From assembly GCA_965153355.1 (NCBI GenBank), contig OZ231126.1, forward strand, positions 23,684,001 to 23,748,000: a stretch of 64,000 nucleotides of DNA, given 5' to 3'. A model generated the notes under the pieces. The model was given only the letters and a program-made list of their open reading frames with translations. It did no database searches and was not told the DNA's origin. This document shows positions 42,058-55,296 of the stretch, one piece after another. Position 1 is the first letter of the stretch, and the number at the start of each line of letters is the position of its first letter. The translations under genes and the position numbers were made by a program. The stretch comes from Flaccisagitta enflata. Its lineage: Eukaryota.

Positions 42058-42677
42058 GAGACCAGAACAGCGTAGGAACGGCGCAGTGGCCGACTGTCCA
42101 AAAGAGAGACCAGAACAGCGTAGGAACGGCGCAGTGTCCGACTGTCTGAAAGAGAGACCAGAACAGCGTAGGAACAGCGCAGTGGCCGACTATTTAAAAG
42201 AAAGACTAGAACAGCGTAAGAACGATGCAGTGGCTGACTATCTAAAAGAGAGACCAGAAGAGCATAAGAATGGTGCAGTGGCCGACTGTCTGAAAGAGAG
42301 ACCAGAACAGCGTAGGAACGGCGCAGTGGCCGACTGTTCAAAAGAGACCAGAACTGCGTAGGAACGGTGCAGTGGCCGACTATCTAAAAGAGAGACCAGA
42401 AGAGAGTAGGAACGGTGCAGTGGCCGACTGTCTGAAAGAGAGACCAGAACAGCGTAGGAACAGCGCAGTGTCCGACTGTCTGAAAGAGAGACCAGAACAG
42501 CGTAGGAACAGCGCAGTGGCCGACTATCTAAAAGAAAGACCAGAACTGCGTAGGAACGGTGCAGTGGCCGACTATCTAAAAGAGAGACCAGAAGAGAGTA
42601 GGAACGGTGCAGTGGCCGACTGTCTGAAAGAGAGACCAGAACAGCGTAGGAACGGCGCAGTGGCCGACTGTCTGAAC
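42058..42677. repeat. 48-bp minisatellite, ~13 copies
   Basis: Unit GAGACCAGAACAGCGTAGGAACGGCGCAGTGGCCGACTGTCTGAAAGA, head to tail; gives the 16-aa periodicity seen in the ORF track. Confidence 0.95.
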
Positions 42678-42864
42678 GGGACCAACGTCGAATTCGAATG
42701 AGAAGGCGGGAAGTCGAGTTTCATCGTCAGTTGAGTTTCATCATCGTCATCGTTCAGTTTCATCCTCGGTCTCAGACAGTCTGACTCTTTGCGAGGTTGA
42801 GAGAGAAAGAGACCGACAAAGTCAATTGTAAATGGGATCGCGTGTCATCGCTTCAATCGTCTAG

Positions 42865-43070
<206 letters not shown>

Positions 43071-43078
43071 ACATGATA

Positions 43079-43254
43079 CAGTGGAACCCTGCAATAACAG
43101 CCTCGTTTTTAAAGGTTCCCCATCAATAAAGGTCAACATTTTGAGGTCCAAAATGATAGTTTTTCATATGATTTCACCTCTCTTTAAAGGTTATCCTGAA
43201 ATAAAGGTGAAAAATCTTCAGTCCTAATGGGACCGATGAGGCGGGGTCCCACTG
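43079..43254. mobile_element. pogo/Tc1-type MITE (176 bp), absent from the duplicate copy
   Basis: TA TSD; TIRs CAGTGGAACCCTGC / GCGGGGTCCCACTG; empty site CATGATATTGTC at ~60127-60138. Confidence 0.9.
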
Positions 43255-43527
43255 TATTGTCTTCCGATCCTCTGAGCTCACCTTGAAAATATCAGCTAGT
43301 TTTAAGAATTGCATTTGAATGAACCATTTATTACTACGACTTTTCTTGTTGCTCACTATTTTCATTTTCGCATACTTTTGATGATGCTCCACTGACATGA
43401 AACGACCTTTCAATGAACAGTTGTGATGAAATCTTCCAGCTGTTTACTTCTAAGTAGTCGGTTGTAAAATAAAGCCAGTTCTTGAGATCTTAGTCGGGGT
43501 GAAATCGTATGAAATTTGGCGTAAAAA

Positions 43528-44603
43528 CGTCTGGGAGCGGGGGCGAAAGTATCTGAGAGTGTAGGCGAGAGTGTCTGAGAGCAGAGGCAAGAGTGTCTGA
43601 CAGTGTAGGCGAGAGTGTCTTAGTGTGTAGGCGAGAGTATCTGTGAGTGTTGGTGAGAGTATCTGAGATTGTAGGCGTGAGTGACTGAGAGCGAGGGCGA
43701 GAGTATCTGAGAGTGTAGGCGAGAGTATCTGAGAGTGTAGGCGAGAGTGTCTGAGAGCAGAGGCAAGAGTGTCTGACAGTGTAGGCGAGAGTGTCTTAGT
43801 GTGTAGGCGCGAGTATCTGTGAGTGTTGGTGAGAGTATCTGAGATTGTAGGCGTGAGTAACTGAGAGCGAGGGCGAGAGTATCTGAGAGTGTAGGCGAGA
43901 GCGTCTGAGAGCAGAGGCGAGAGTGTCTGAGAGTGTGGGCGAGAGTATGTGAGAGTGTAGGCGAGGGTATGTGAGAGTGTAGGCGAGAGTATCTGAGAGT
44001 GTAGGCGAGAGTATCTGAGAGAGTGGGTGCGAGTATCTGAGAGTGTAGGCAAGAGTATCTGAGAGTGTAGGTGAGCGTGTCTGAGAGCAGAGGCGAGAGT
44101 GTAGGCGAGAGTATGTGAGAGTGTAGGCGAAGGTATCTGAGAGTGTAGACGAGAGTATCTAAGAGTGTTTGTGAGAGTATCTGAGAGTGTAGGCGAGAGT
44201 ATCTGAGAGTGTAGGCGAGAGTGTCTGAGAGTGTGGTCGAGAGTATCTGAGAGTGTAGGCATGTGTAACTGAGAGTGAGGGCGAGAGTATCTGAGAGCGA
44301 GGGCAAGAGTATCTGAGAATGTAGGCGAGTGTCTGAGAGCAGAGATGAGAGTGTCTGAGAGTGTAGGTGAGAGTATGTGAGAGTAGGCGAGGGTGTGTAG
44401 GAGTGTAGGCAAGAGTATCTGAGAGTGTAGGCGAGAGTATCTCAGCGTGTGGGTGAGAGTATCTGAGAGTGTAGGCGAGAGTATCTGAGAGTGTAGGCGA
44501 GAGTATCTGAGAGTGTAGGCGAGTGTGTCTGAGAGCAGAGGCGAGAGTGTCTGAGAGTATAGGCGAGCGTGTCTGAGAGCATAGGCGAGAGTGTCTGAGA
44601 GCG
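43528..44603. repeat. 22-bp minisatellite (GAGAGTATCTGAGAGTGTAGGC)n
   Basis: ~1.07-kb degenerate array; a shorter counterpart lies at ~61846-62405. Confidence 0.95.
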
Positions 44604-44932
44604 ACTTCTTGCTGTTGAAGCATTTGGGTCGATACAATTTGAAATTCTCGTTTGATCCGTGACCGAAATAATTGACCCTGAATCTCGAAGGGCGATACGC
44701 ATTGTAAATGCTCTCTGTCTGTCGCCCCGCCTTCACACCACATCTGTCTGTCTGTCCGTCCGTCAGCCTGTCTGTCTGTTTTTCCGTGTACCAGTTTATT
44801 CGTCTGTCAGTCTATCCATTTGCAATCTGTTTCTTGGTCTTTGTATTTCTTTTTTTTCTGCTTTGTCTGTCTGTCTGTCTGTCTGTGTTTCTGTCTACCT
44901 GATGTAATTATCTCTTGGCCTGTCTGTGAGTC

Positions 44933-45012
<80 letters not shown>

Positions 45013-45522
45013 CTCTCTCTCTCTTCCTATTGTAAAAGCGTCTTTTTCTCTCCTCGACTTGAGATGGATGGATGTGATCCCGACTTTTGCGACCGAGTTG
45101 TTAAATTCTCATTTGCATAATTCATTTCGGTGGAATGATCACAGATCAAAGCTGAAAAAAGAAATGCTAACTAGTTTTTTTTTCCACAAGTTTTGCGATA
45201 AATTCGTCAAAATGGTTCATGTGACATAGCATGTCGTTGTTGTTGATTCCGGACACTAGCAGGAATTTAATCTATCCCCAGCTTGATTAGCCACGACGAA
45301 CCCTCCATTTTATTTCGAACTGAGGTAGGGAATCGGTTGTTTTACATGACTCAGAGATTTCATATCGACATTGAACCACTCATTAGTAACATCTGTTTCG
45401 ATCAAACCTATAGCTGCATTCTTTTTATACTTAAGTATTTGTTCAGTGCACAGGCGATATGATAGCAGGCTGCATAATGCAATGACAAGTCAATATTTCT
45501 TGCCCCCAGAATAGAATAATTA

Positions 45523-46124
45523 CTACGCGAATAAAAAAAAACGCAAGTTTTTCTATTGGTGATTTATTCGCCTTTGGTTTACTCAGGACATATTTTATTG
45601 GTGACCAAATTGAAGCTTTTTTCGAGGGCTTTCTTTTGAGCGCAATCCCACACCTGTAGCTTTATTCGTTTAGAAGTTTCATTCAAATGAAGGTGCACAA
45701 GTCAAAATTTTAAAATGCAGTAAGAGAAAAAAAAGGATGTTTGGGGGTGAAGATGATGGAATAATTTCCCTGCCATGAGCAATCGGGTATTGTTCTACTC
45801 ATGCTGTCTGCTTTTATAGTTCCTATATTTGAGTCCCTCAAAGTCTATGATGAAAAATGAAGCACCAATCTTATTAAATGTAATAAAACCTTTAAAATCA
45901 TCTTGGAACAAACTGAATAACAAAAGCGAAAATACGTAAAGTATATGTCACTTTTGCACGGCTATTTCTCTGCAACAACTTGATTTTGATGGCTAAAACT
46001 CTTTGACATGATACACAGAAACTCAAATAAACCAAACCAGCTTGCAAAAAGCTGCTCAGAAGAAAAAAAAAGTCCAATTCAAGCTCTTTTATGAAAAACA
46101 TGCGTTTTTTTTTTATTCGGGTAG
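45523..46124. mobile_element. TA-flanked MITE (CTACGCGAAT termini)
   Basis: TA|CTACGCGAATAAAAAAAAACGCAAGTTTTT ... AAAAACATGCGTTTTTTTTTTATTCGGGTAG|TA. Confidence 0.75.
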
Positions 46125-46385
46125 TATGCTATAGCTGCAATATGCAAATTAGGATACAGACGCTGACTTCACGGCTAAAGGTCATTGCTCTTAAACTTTT
46201 TCACACCGGAGACAAAACTCATGGCAGCATTAAGGGTTTGAGTGCATGTGACCAACTTTGGAGATGATAGAAGGACTGAAAATGTGAAATATGGCACCGA
46301 TTCATAGTTATCATTGCTTGATTGAGGATCTTATAATCATATTCTCTCTCTCTCTCTCTCTCTCACCAACCCGCCCATTCTCCAG

Positions 46386-46549
46386 GCGTGAACTCTCCTC
46401 GTAAGCGCGGTCGTCAGACATACACGCGATATCAGACGTTGGAGTTGGAGAAGGAGTTCCATTTCAATCGGTATTTGACGCGTCGGCGTCGAATTGAGAT
46501 GGCGCACGCGCTCTGCCTCACAGAAAGACAAATCAAGATTTGGTTCCAG
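46386..46549 (+). CDS. Central-class Hox protein, coding exon 2 (linker plus homeodomain residues 1-50)
   Basis: Acceptor ..CATTCTCCAG| after a pyrimidine tract; encodes (G)[54 protein letters not shown]; donor CAG|GTAAAT, phase 0. Confidence 0.97.
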
Positions 46550-46754
46550 GTAAATGTCATGGGAGGGAAGGGGTGGATTGGGGGTGCTTGAGTTGAGATA
46601 GGTTATTTTACTTGATAGGTGGTAATTTAGAGCTATTGTGTGTCACGATTCGGCAGCACGCGATAGGATCAGATTTTCTGCCAAATAACATTAGCCCAAG
46701 CTTCAGATACATCATTGGGTAATGGGTACGGATTTAATGGTTCAAAGACATTTA

Positions 46755-47165
46755 CTATACGAATTTTAAAAAAAGACTCACTTTTGAATGATTGATTTTG
46801 CCATTGAAAATCAAGAAAACTAATTAAGATCTTAGACCATTTTGAAGCCCTTGAAAACCTTTTTCATTTGGCGCCAATCTGGTATCTCTATCTTTTTTCG
46901 TTTGGAAATGGCATTGGTTTGAGTAAAAATGTTGCCAAATTTGTTTTTGCAGTCCCTTTGAAAAAGATGCAATTCAGCAAAATGGTGTCTCACTTTAGGA
47001 AGCTCCAGCACCTAAACCGTTAAAGATACAGATCTGGGATTGGTCTAGAATGAAAGATAATTTTCAAATCTTTAAAATTCTTATCTTTAATAAATTTTTT
47101 TAACACTTTTTTAGTATGCTTTATCAGCAAATCAAAAGGTGCGTCTCTTTTTTAAATTCGCGTAG
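46755..47165. mobile_element. TA-flanked MITE in Hox intron 2, termini related to the 45523 element
   Basis: TA|CTATACGAATTTTAAAAAAAGACTCACTTTTGA ... TCAAAAGGTGCGTCTCTTTTTTAAATTCGCGTAG|TA. Confidence 0.7.
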
Positions 47166-47371
47166 TATAACTACCCAGTGCACAGTTTCAGATCTTTTTT
47201 GTCACCTCCCCTATCCCTAAAGAGTTAAAAAAATTTTTTGAGTTTTTGTCAATAAGTATTATTACAACAGAATACACAAAAAATTGAACTCACATCTCAA
47301 TTGATAATATATCAAAAACAGTATAAATATGAAATTTACCGCTTACCGATTCATATGTTTTTTCTGGACAG

Positions 47372-47518
47372 AATCGTCGTATGAAGGAGAAGAAAGAAAA
47401 GCAGAAAATCGAAGAGATGAAAGTCGACGGAGTCTCGCCCAACAAAGACTCAAACAACAGCCTCAACAAACTCGACAATTCTCCAGAATCGGCTGATGGA
47501 GTCTGCTGCGAAGGCTGA
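47372..47518 (+). CDS. Central-class Hox protein, coding exon 3 (end of helix 3, UbdA-like parapeptide, C-terminus)
   Basis: Acceptor TTTTTTCTGGACAG|; encodes NRRMKEKKEKQKIEEMKVDGVSPNKDSNNSLNKLDNSPESADGVCCEG*, completing WFQ-NRRMK; TGA at 47516-47518. Confidence 0.95.
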   Translation, partial: NRRMKEKKEKQKIEEMKVDGVSPNKDSNNSLNKLDNSPESADGVCCEG

Positions 47519-48768
47519 CCCGACCCCCACATCCCCTCATCCCCCGAATTTGTTAAACCCACCCCTTCATCATCCCTATTATTCCCTCCCCCCATCTTCA
47601 AACTCTTTCCCAATTTCCTTTCGCCCTGCTGAGTACTGAAAAAAATGTCCTAAAGCTAAATACCTTTCTTTTTCATGCCCCTTGCTCTTGCTTCTTCTTT
47701 TCTTGCCTTCTTCCGCCTTCCATAGTGAAATACATTTCTTCCACCCCCCCCCACACCTCGCTTTACATCTCCGTCCCGAATTCATTACCCCCACCCTCCC
47801 AAAAGTCTCCCCCCTTCATCATCATCATTAATGACATCATCTTCGTCATCGAAATCGTTACTTTCAATCATTTTTTCTCAAAGATCACACAGTGCAATGT
47901 CTCTTCAAAAGTCTTTTTATGACAAACAACTCGTTGAAACAAATGAGTTTGAAAAAAAAAAACTGATTAAAAAAAATCTATGACGTCATTCTGTTGGTAA
48001 AACGAATTCTGTTGCGACGAGATTTACAACACGATGAGACAGTTTGACGGTCAGAGGTTCTTTAATTGAAGACACATGTGAAATTCTCCTAGATGGTTTC
48101 GATAGGCACAAAAGTTAATAGTGACCAATTTACATCACTTAACGGTTCAAAGTGAAACCAAGCCATGTAGTGTCTTTGTAATGATGTCTTCACGTAAGCC
48201 ACCGACGACTCTCATCTGCCCTGATTGTCTGTGTTGTTTTCGTTGTCGTTGTTATCTCTCGTCAAGAACTGTAGATGGCGTCATAGTAACTTATCGCAAT
48301 CGTCTAATCAATACCCCTTGTCAGTTCGAGGTCATTTTCTTCCTTACCCCTTCACGCGGTATTTGGGAGAGAGAAAGTCATGTTTTTCTTCTTTTTTTTT
48401 TTTGTAAACGCATTGACATAAATAAACATTCAAACAAACATACACGCGAGTTTCGGTTCCGATAAGATGGGAATTGGAAGTGATGGATACACTCGCTGCT
48501 ACCTCCTTTTTCCGCGCCCAGACAAACATTTCTTTTATCAGCAAGTTTATTTCTTCCTTTCCTTGATTCAATTTTTTTTCTTGGCGCCATACTGTCTCTT
48601 TGTTTATCTGTATCTCTTTCTTAAGCTCTTTTTTCGCCTTTCTCATCTCTCTTCTCCCTGTCCTCCTGACTTTTTGTCTCTCTATCTGTGTCTGTCTCAC
48701 TTTCGGTCTCTCTCTGTCTGTCTGTCTAACTGTCTCTGTCTGTCTATCTGACTCTGTCGGTTTGTCTG

Positions 48769-48809
<41 letters not shown>

Positions 48810-49896
48810 GCAGTTTCCGTTGATCATTTCATTTTCAGTCTTTGCCCATTAACTTTGTTTCTACTAGCCATTGATGCCAAAATTTAAATGAAAAAAAAAT
48901 CGGTAAAAACTTGGGAAAATGAAATAGACACAATTATGTTTTTTTTTTTAATGCGGGGGTAAGCAAAATCGCCGCTTTGTTTTCATATCATCCGTGTCGT
49001 AACGAAATGTGATATCAGAGCATGATATCCGCCAGAAACAAAAACACACATTTTAAACAATGTCGTTGAATTCGTTTTCCCTGAATGCTGAGGTCATACA
49101 GACTTTTTTCTCCATCGTTGTTGGTACAATTCTTGCATATCTCCCGATGTCTTCATGCGCGCCATTTTCTTTGTTTTTTTGAAATATGCCATTCATGTTT
49201 TTCCGAATCCATTGCTTGTATCTCTCTCCATTTTCATTTCTTTCAATTTTCATCAATGACGTTGTAAAGAGGGTGAGACCGTTTCTAAATCTAGTAATGT
49301 CTTTTTTTTTTAAGAAAATTTCGTGAGCGGACGAACCCTAATGAGACTATTTTTAGAAAATGAAAACTGTTAAATGCGACTAAAACCATGTTTCAAGCTA
49401 GTTAAAAATGATGTTTCAAAATCGATTTCCGTTTTCTTTTTTATCATTCTCTTTGAGGAAGAATCTAGTCATCGATGTAATTATTGTAAGACTTCGACTT
49501 TTATTTTCAACATTCTTCCAAATATCCATGTTTTTGCTTTTTTTCGTTTCGGTCTCTTTATCTTGTTATCCAAATACTACTTGTATAACATTTACTATAC
49601 CATTACACAACTCTAGTGGTCTTAATTGATCGAGGTATACATAACAAAAAAAATGTTAGCTGTCATCAGGGTCAAAATGTTCAGCAAATTGAATTTAACG
49701 GTTTCTGTTCTGTCTCTTTTGTCTCTCTCTTTCTCATGATTGACTTGCCTTCAGAAAAAGTTGAACTTTTTAAATTTCAACCTCGTCTGAAGGTTGATTT
49801 AATCATGCTTCCTTTTAAAAGCTGTTCGCTTCATTGTTCAGTTTTTTTTTTTCTGTATGCACTTATTTCATTAGCCATTCTATTACAGCAGTATTT

Positions 49897-49943
<47 letters not shown>

Positions 49944-51133
49944 CTCTTCCGATTTCTAATATCTGCTAGACATACTTTTTATCATTCATTTCATCTTTTT
50001 TCATATCTGTGATCAGTACAGAATTTCGTAGACCTTCTTCGGTTTGGTATATACCATATTTCTCTTTTTCTTTTGTTTTGGTTTCAATTTCTTTTTAACT
50101 TGGTTGCTAAATTCTGTCCCCATGAAAAAGAGGTCATTTACAATTCATGATGCGTGGTTCATGAACGACTTTTTGTGCCATACGTTTTTAGGCCTGCAAC
50201 ATTTTCAATGTAAATACGGGTTTTCCATACTTGGCCTTTTATGATATATTATCATAAGAGGCCTCTTTCGCTTTTTTGAAGTTAAACTGAAGGATATTGA
50301 AACTACTATTGATAAAATGTGCTCGTTCTTTGATATCTCAGAGCATATTTGTACGGAGATTTTCTTTTTATAAAAAAATGACGGGAGGTACAAAAGAAAA
50401 AAGAAAAGAAATTCGCGAAATATAGACTTCAAAAACTTGAAAGTGAAGCAACCTTATTTTCCGCTTTTTTCCTGCGTAATGAGTCCTTCATTCATTCATT
50501 CATTCAAATCCCCCATCTTTTGGTTACAAACCCCCTCTTTTATTCGTTTTTTTTCTCGTAATGTTTTACCAGGAAGTCATAGTCATTTACAAATTGTGCT
50601 GATCTTTTTTTTTTTAAACAAAATTCATCCACCTTTTCCAGGATGTTTTGTGTGTATTTAAACTTATCCCTCCTCTCGTTTTCCCCCCTCTCTTTCATTC
50701 TTCCTTTCTCTCTCTCTCTCTCTCTCCCTCGTTCTCTTTCTCTCTCTCCTACCCACCATACAACATTGTGTCGAGGTGTTTTCGTCCCGGAAAAGGTGGC
50801 GTTGTCATTGATATAATCAATCATTGTTTTTGTTTTCTTGCATATTTATGGCCACATGTATTTCAAGAATAAAAAGTCTGTCTTGAAATGGTTTCCGTTG
50901 GTATTTTCTTTTCTTCTTCTTTTCCCAATATTGTGTTCAAAGTCTCTGTCTACGTTTTTTTATCTATCTCTTGCCGAAATTGCTTTGAGTAATGTCGACA
51001 TTGAACGAGATGAGACATTCAAGGGGAAAAAAGATATTGAGACGAGGAGACGCTAAAAGAAGTAAAGAGAGATAGAAAGACACAATGTCTGGCTGTTTTA
51101 TCTAAGCCAATATGGGGAAAAAAGAGAAGTAAA

Positions 51134-51211
<78 letters not shown>

Positions 51212-52236
51212 GCGAAAGATCGACAGAAAGATCGACAGACGGACTAGGTGACAGCCAGATAGAGCGAAAATGTCTATTCAAACGCACCGCCGGTCATAAA
51301 ATAGATCGCCAGAGGATCTGAACCGTGTTTTTGAAAAGTGGCGAAGATTCTTCTGAGCTTTTTCTCGTCCTTAGATTCCAGACTCAAGAAAATTAATGTT
51401 TCAATCATCATCCGTTTGACAGAAGCTTTGTCAGAATAGATTTCTCTCCACTAAAAAGTCGGCACATTATAGAAAAAGAACCGAATTTACATGAAATCGA
51501 ATCTACTCGATAATTTTCTCGGGTCATCGCTTCCCGCAAAGCTGAAGGAGAAGCCCTTCATTTTTATCAAGCTGACTGGAAGACTTAAGAAAAGAGATGA
51601 CGATTTGGCGTAGGCTAGATATAAACGACGTGACATTGAGTAAAAGTTGCATCTCCTACTCTTCAAAACCTTGCGAAGTCTTTCTTTCAGGTCATTTTAT
51701 GCCATATTACGTCATAACGTGTTGAGTCAAGATGACTTATTTCGACAATAGTGGACATTCTTTTACCAAAAAAGTAGATGAGCAAGTGAATGTTTGTGCA
51801 ACAGAGCACGCGATGCCATTCTCTTTCTTTTTGGGCATATGGACTGGTAATTGATGATTAGGGAGGCTACGAGCGCAGAGCGCATTTTAACTGATGGTCA
51901 AAGATTCGTGAAATTAAGATAGAGAGGCTCCTGGGGCAACGTTCATCAGCATTGCCGCCTGATAAAAAAGTTACACCTCTTTTTCCTGCTTCATGAGGCG
52001 TAATTAAATCATCAGAAATTGCCAATCTAAATGAGCCATTTCAATTTGATAGTAGGAGAAAAAAAAATTGGCAAAAAACAGGAAACGCTTCCGACCTTAA
52101 AAAAGACTTTTTAAAAAGTCGATTTGAAATGGAAACCAAATGAAATAGTTCGCGCATCGCTACACAATCATACATAGTTGAGCACTTGAGCTTGATTGCC
52201 GAGCAAGATTATGCCTTATCGTGAGGAAGCAGGTTC

Positions 52237-52411
52237 TATGCCTCATGCCTTATGCCTTATGCCTTATGCCTTATGCTTATGCCTTATGCCTTATGCCTTA
52301 TGCCTTATGCCTTATGCCTTATTCCTTACGCCTTATGCCTTATGCCTTGTGCCTTATGCCTTATGCCTTATGCCTTATGCCTTATGCCTCATGCATTATG
52401 CCTTATGCCTT
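52237..52411. repeat. 7-bp tandem repeat (TATGCCT)n
   Basis: About 25 adjacent copies. Confidence 0.95.
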
Positions 52412-54042
52412 AGCCGGTGTGCTCTAGCGGTTCCCCATTGTATTGGGCTTTGACTTCGGAAGTAACGGTGAAAGGATGAGCAGTAAACAAGAAATTGATC
52501 AATTTTCACTCAATCATTTGGCATAAATCAGGAGCGGTGCCCAGAGAGCCTCCTGCTCCCCCTTGAAAAAACAATGTTGCTGAGAGTGAGATAGAATCGC
52601 TTGCTCAAGAAGAGGGAACATGTTGTCAGACAGGCAAAATGTAAACAATCATGTTATGAGCCTGATAAACAATGAAAATGTTACTGGCGCATTTTTTGAA
52701 GACGAAAACGGTTGGAATCATTATTTCCACTCATAAGAATTGCAACGCCTTTGAAGGTTATAATATCAATTCGAATTATGCAGCAATTGTCATTACCCCC
52801 TGTCGTCGAAGGAAATCGATATAAACACGGAGATTGAGTTTGATTAGATAATAGATTGGATATGAAATTGGCACTTAGGGTAAAAACGAATATTCTAGTT
52901 GGAGAAATACAGTGGAAATTGCATGAAATGGTGTTACTGATGGTAATGAACTGATATTCTAAAAATTCAAAAAGTGCACCATTTGGCATTGTGGCCTTCC
53001 TTGAATGGAAATACATAAAGGAAATGATCATCGTGATAATGATATTCATACAAACGGTTTATCATTTGGTATTGTGTCCATTCTTGGATGGAAATGGATA
53101 CAGATGATGATGGTTATGATAACAATGTTCATCCAAACGGTGCATCATTCGGCATTACTTACTTACATTAATGGAAGTCGTTACAAACAATAATAGTTAC
53201 CAGTAATTGCGGCTGTCGCCGTGAGGAAAAAAGTCGTAAGCATTGGTCACTTTTTACCAAGTTTTTATTTTCAGTCACTGCAAATCTTTTTATTTGTTAG
53301 ATCAAGTTAGGAGCAATTGTATGTATTGATGGCACTAAAAATCAGAGAAAAATATGACTGAGCCAAATAAGCTAGATGAACTAAAATGCTCAAAATCATT
53401 TAAGCAGACAACCAGCTATATTCACAGACATGCTTACTTGTATTTGCATGCTCACATCAAAACATTTATTCATTTATCCCAATAAAAAAAGACAGAAAAA
53501 AAGATTGAGCTAAATGAGCTAAATGAGCTAGAATACTCAAAAACACCCACTCAGATGAGCAGTTCTGCTCACTGACATGCTTTTTTGTATTTGCATGCTC
53601 AAACATATATCAAAATATTTATTCATTTATTGCATTTTAAATCAGAAAAACAGATTGAGCTAAATGAGCTAAATGAGCTAAAATACTCAAAAACACCCTC
53701 ACAGATGACTGCTCATATTCATGTTTTCTTGTATTTGCATGCTCAAACAAACTTAAATACACTCTGTTATTGATCCTACTGAAAATCATAAAAAATCAAA
53801 AAAAATTTAATTTGAATTTTTTGTAAATAAATCTTTAAAAATTCATGACGCTAAAAATATTTGCCGTAGAGCATTCTGCTTGGCGCCAAATGAAAGAGAA
53901 TTATCAAATTTACTTACCCCATCAATTTCATTGGAGGGCTCATTCGGTCGGTGGAGATCCCCAACTTCCGCATAAGAAAATGAAAACCCCGTTTCTCTCG
54001 AATATGTCAAAAAGTCGAAGACTGACTTCAACTTTTTTTCCG

Positions 54043-54410
54043 ATGATAATAATGTTCATGCAAACGGTGCATCATTCGGCATTACGTCCTTACATTAATG
54101 GAAGTCGTTACAAACAATGATAGTTATGATGATAATGTTCATTCAAACGGTGCATCATTCGGCATTACGTCCTTACATTAATGGAAGTCGTTACAAACAA
54201 TGATAGTTATGATAATAATGTTCATCCAAACGGCGCATCATTCGGCATTACTTTCTTACTTTTATTGAAGTCGATACAAACAATGATAGCTATGATAATA
54301 ATGTTCATTCAAACGGTGCATCATTCGGCATTACGTCCTTACATTAATGGAAGTCGATACAAACAATGATAGCCATGATGATAATGTTCATTCAAAAGGT
54401 GCATCATGTT
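54043..54410. repeat. 83-bp tandem repeat (further copies at ~53030-53200)
   Basis: CAAACGG recurs at 54061, 54144, 54227 and 54310 (83-bp period). Confidence 0.9.
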
Positions 54411-54540
54411 GCATTGTGTCCTTTCTTGGATGGAAATGGATGGAAAGGCTTCTCTCAGCGAAGGCATCGAAGCGACTTCAAAGGCAGACCGTCGTAGCAA
54501 AGGAATAAATCAACTCTCTCAGGCACTGCAGGCCGGAGAC

Positions 54541-54614
<74 letters not shown>

Positions 54615-54709
54615 AGTCTGAGAAACAGACAAAGAGACAGAAAGAGCAAGGAAAGAGGCACAAATATAGAAAAGAGTAGACCCACTTAGAGAGAGACAGA
54701 TAGAAAAAC

Positions 54710-54818
<109 letters not shown>

Positions 54819-55098
54819 AGCGAGAGACGGAGTGACGCTTTTCTCTTTTTCTTTCATTCCGTCCCCTCTGTCTCCCTTCTTGCGTCGTCTCTCTCTCTCT
54901 CGGTCTACATTCAGCAGCAAAAACGGGGGTACTTTTTGATTTGTGTAATTGTTGTTTGAAAACTTTCCCCCGTATGAAAATGGAATTGTGAGCGTGAATT
55001 CAGTTCTTTTTGTTGTCGACGACTTTTGTGACGGATTTACGACCGGACAAATTTATGACTTCGTAGCAGCGAAAAACGGAAAAATATCGCGTTTCAAA

Positions 55099-55296
<198 letters not shown>

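Noticed and set aside
42058-42677. CRISPR-like regular repeats
   Set aside because: Units are head to tail with no unique spacers, no cas genes, and the context is eukaryotic.
43450-44743. 428-, 228- and 194-aa minus-strand ORFs
   Set aside because: They arise from the 22-bp minisatellite being open in several frames; the array length differs in the duplicate copy.
47504-47518. C-terminal CCEG as a prenylation signal
   Set aside because: Not a canonical CaaX motif; CCXX geranylgeranylation requires a Rab fold.
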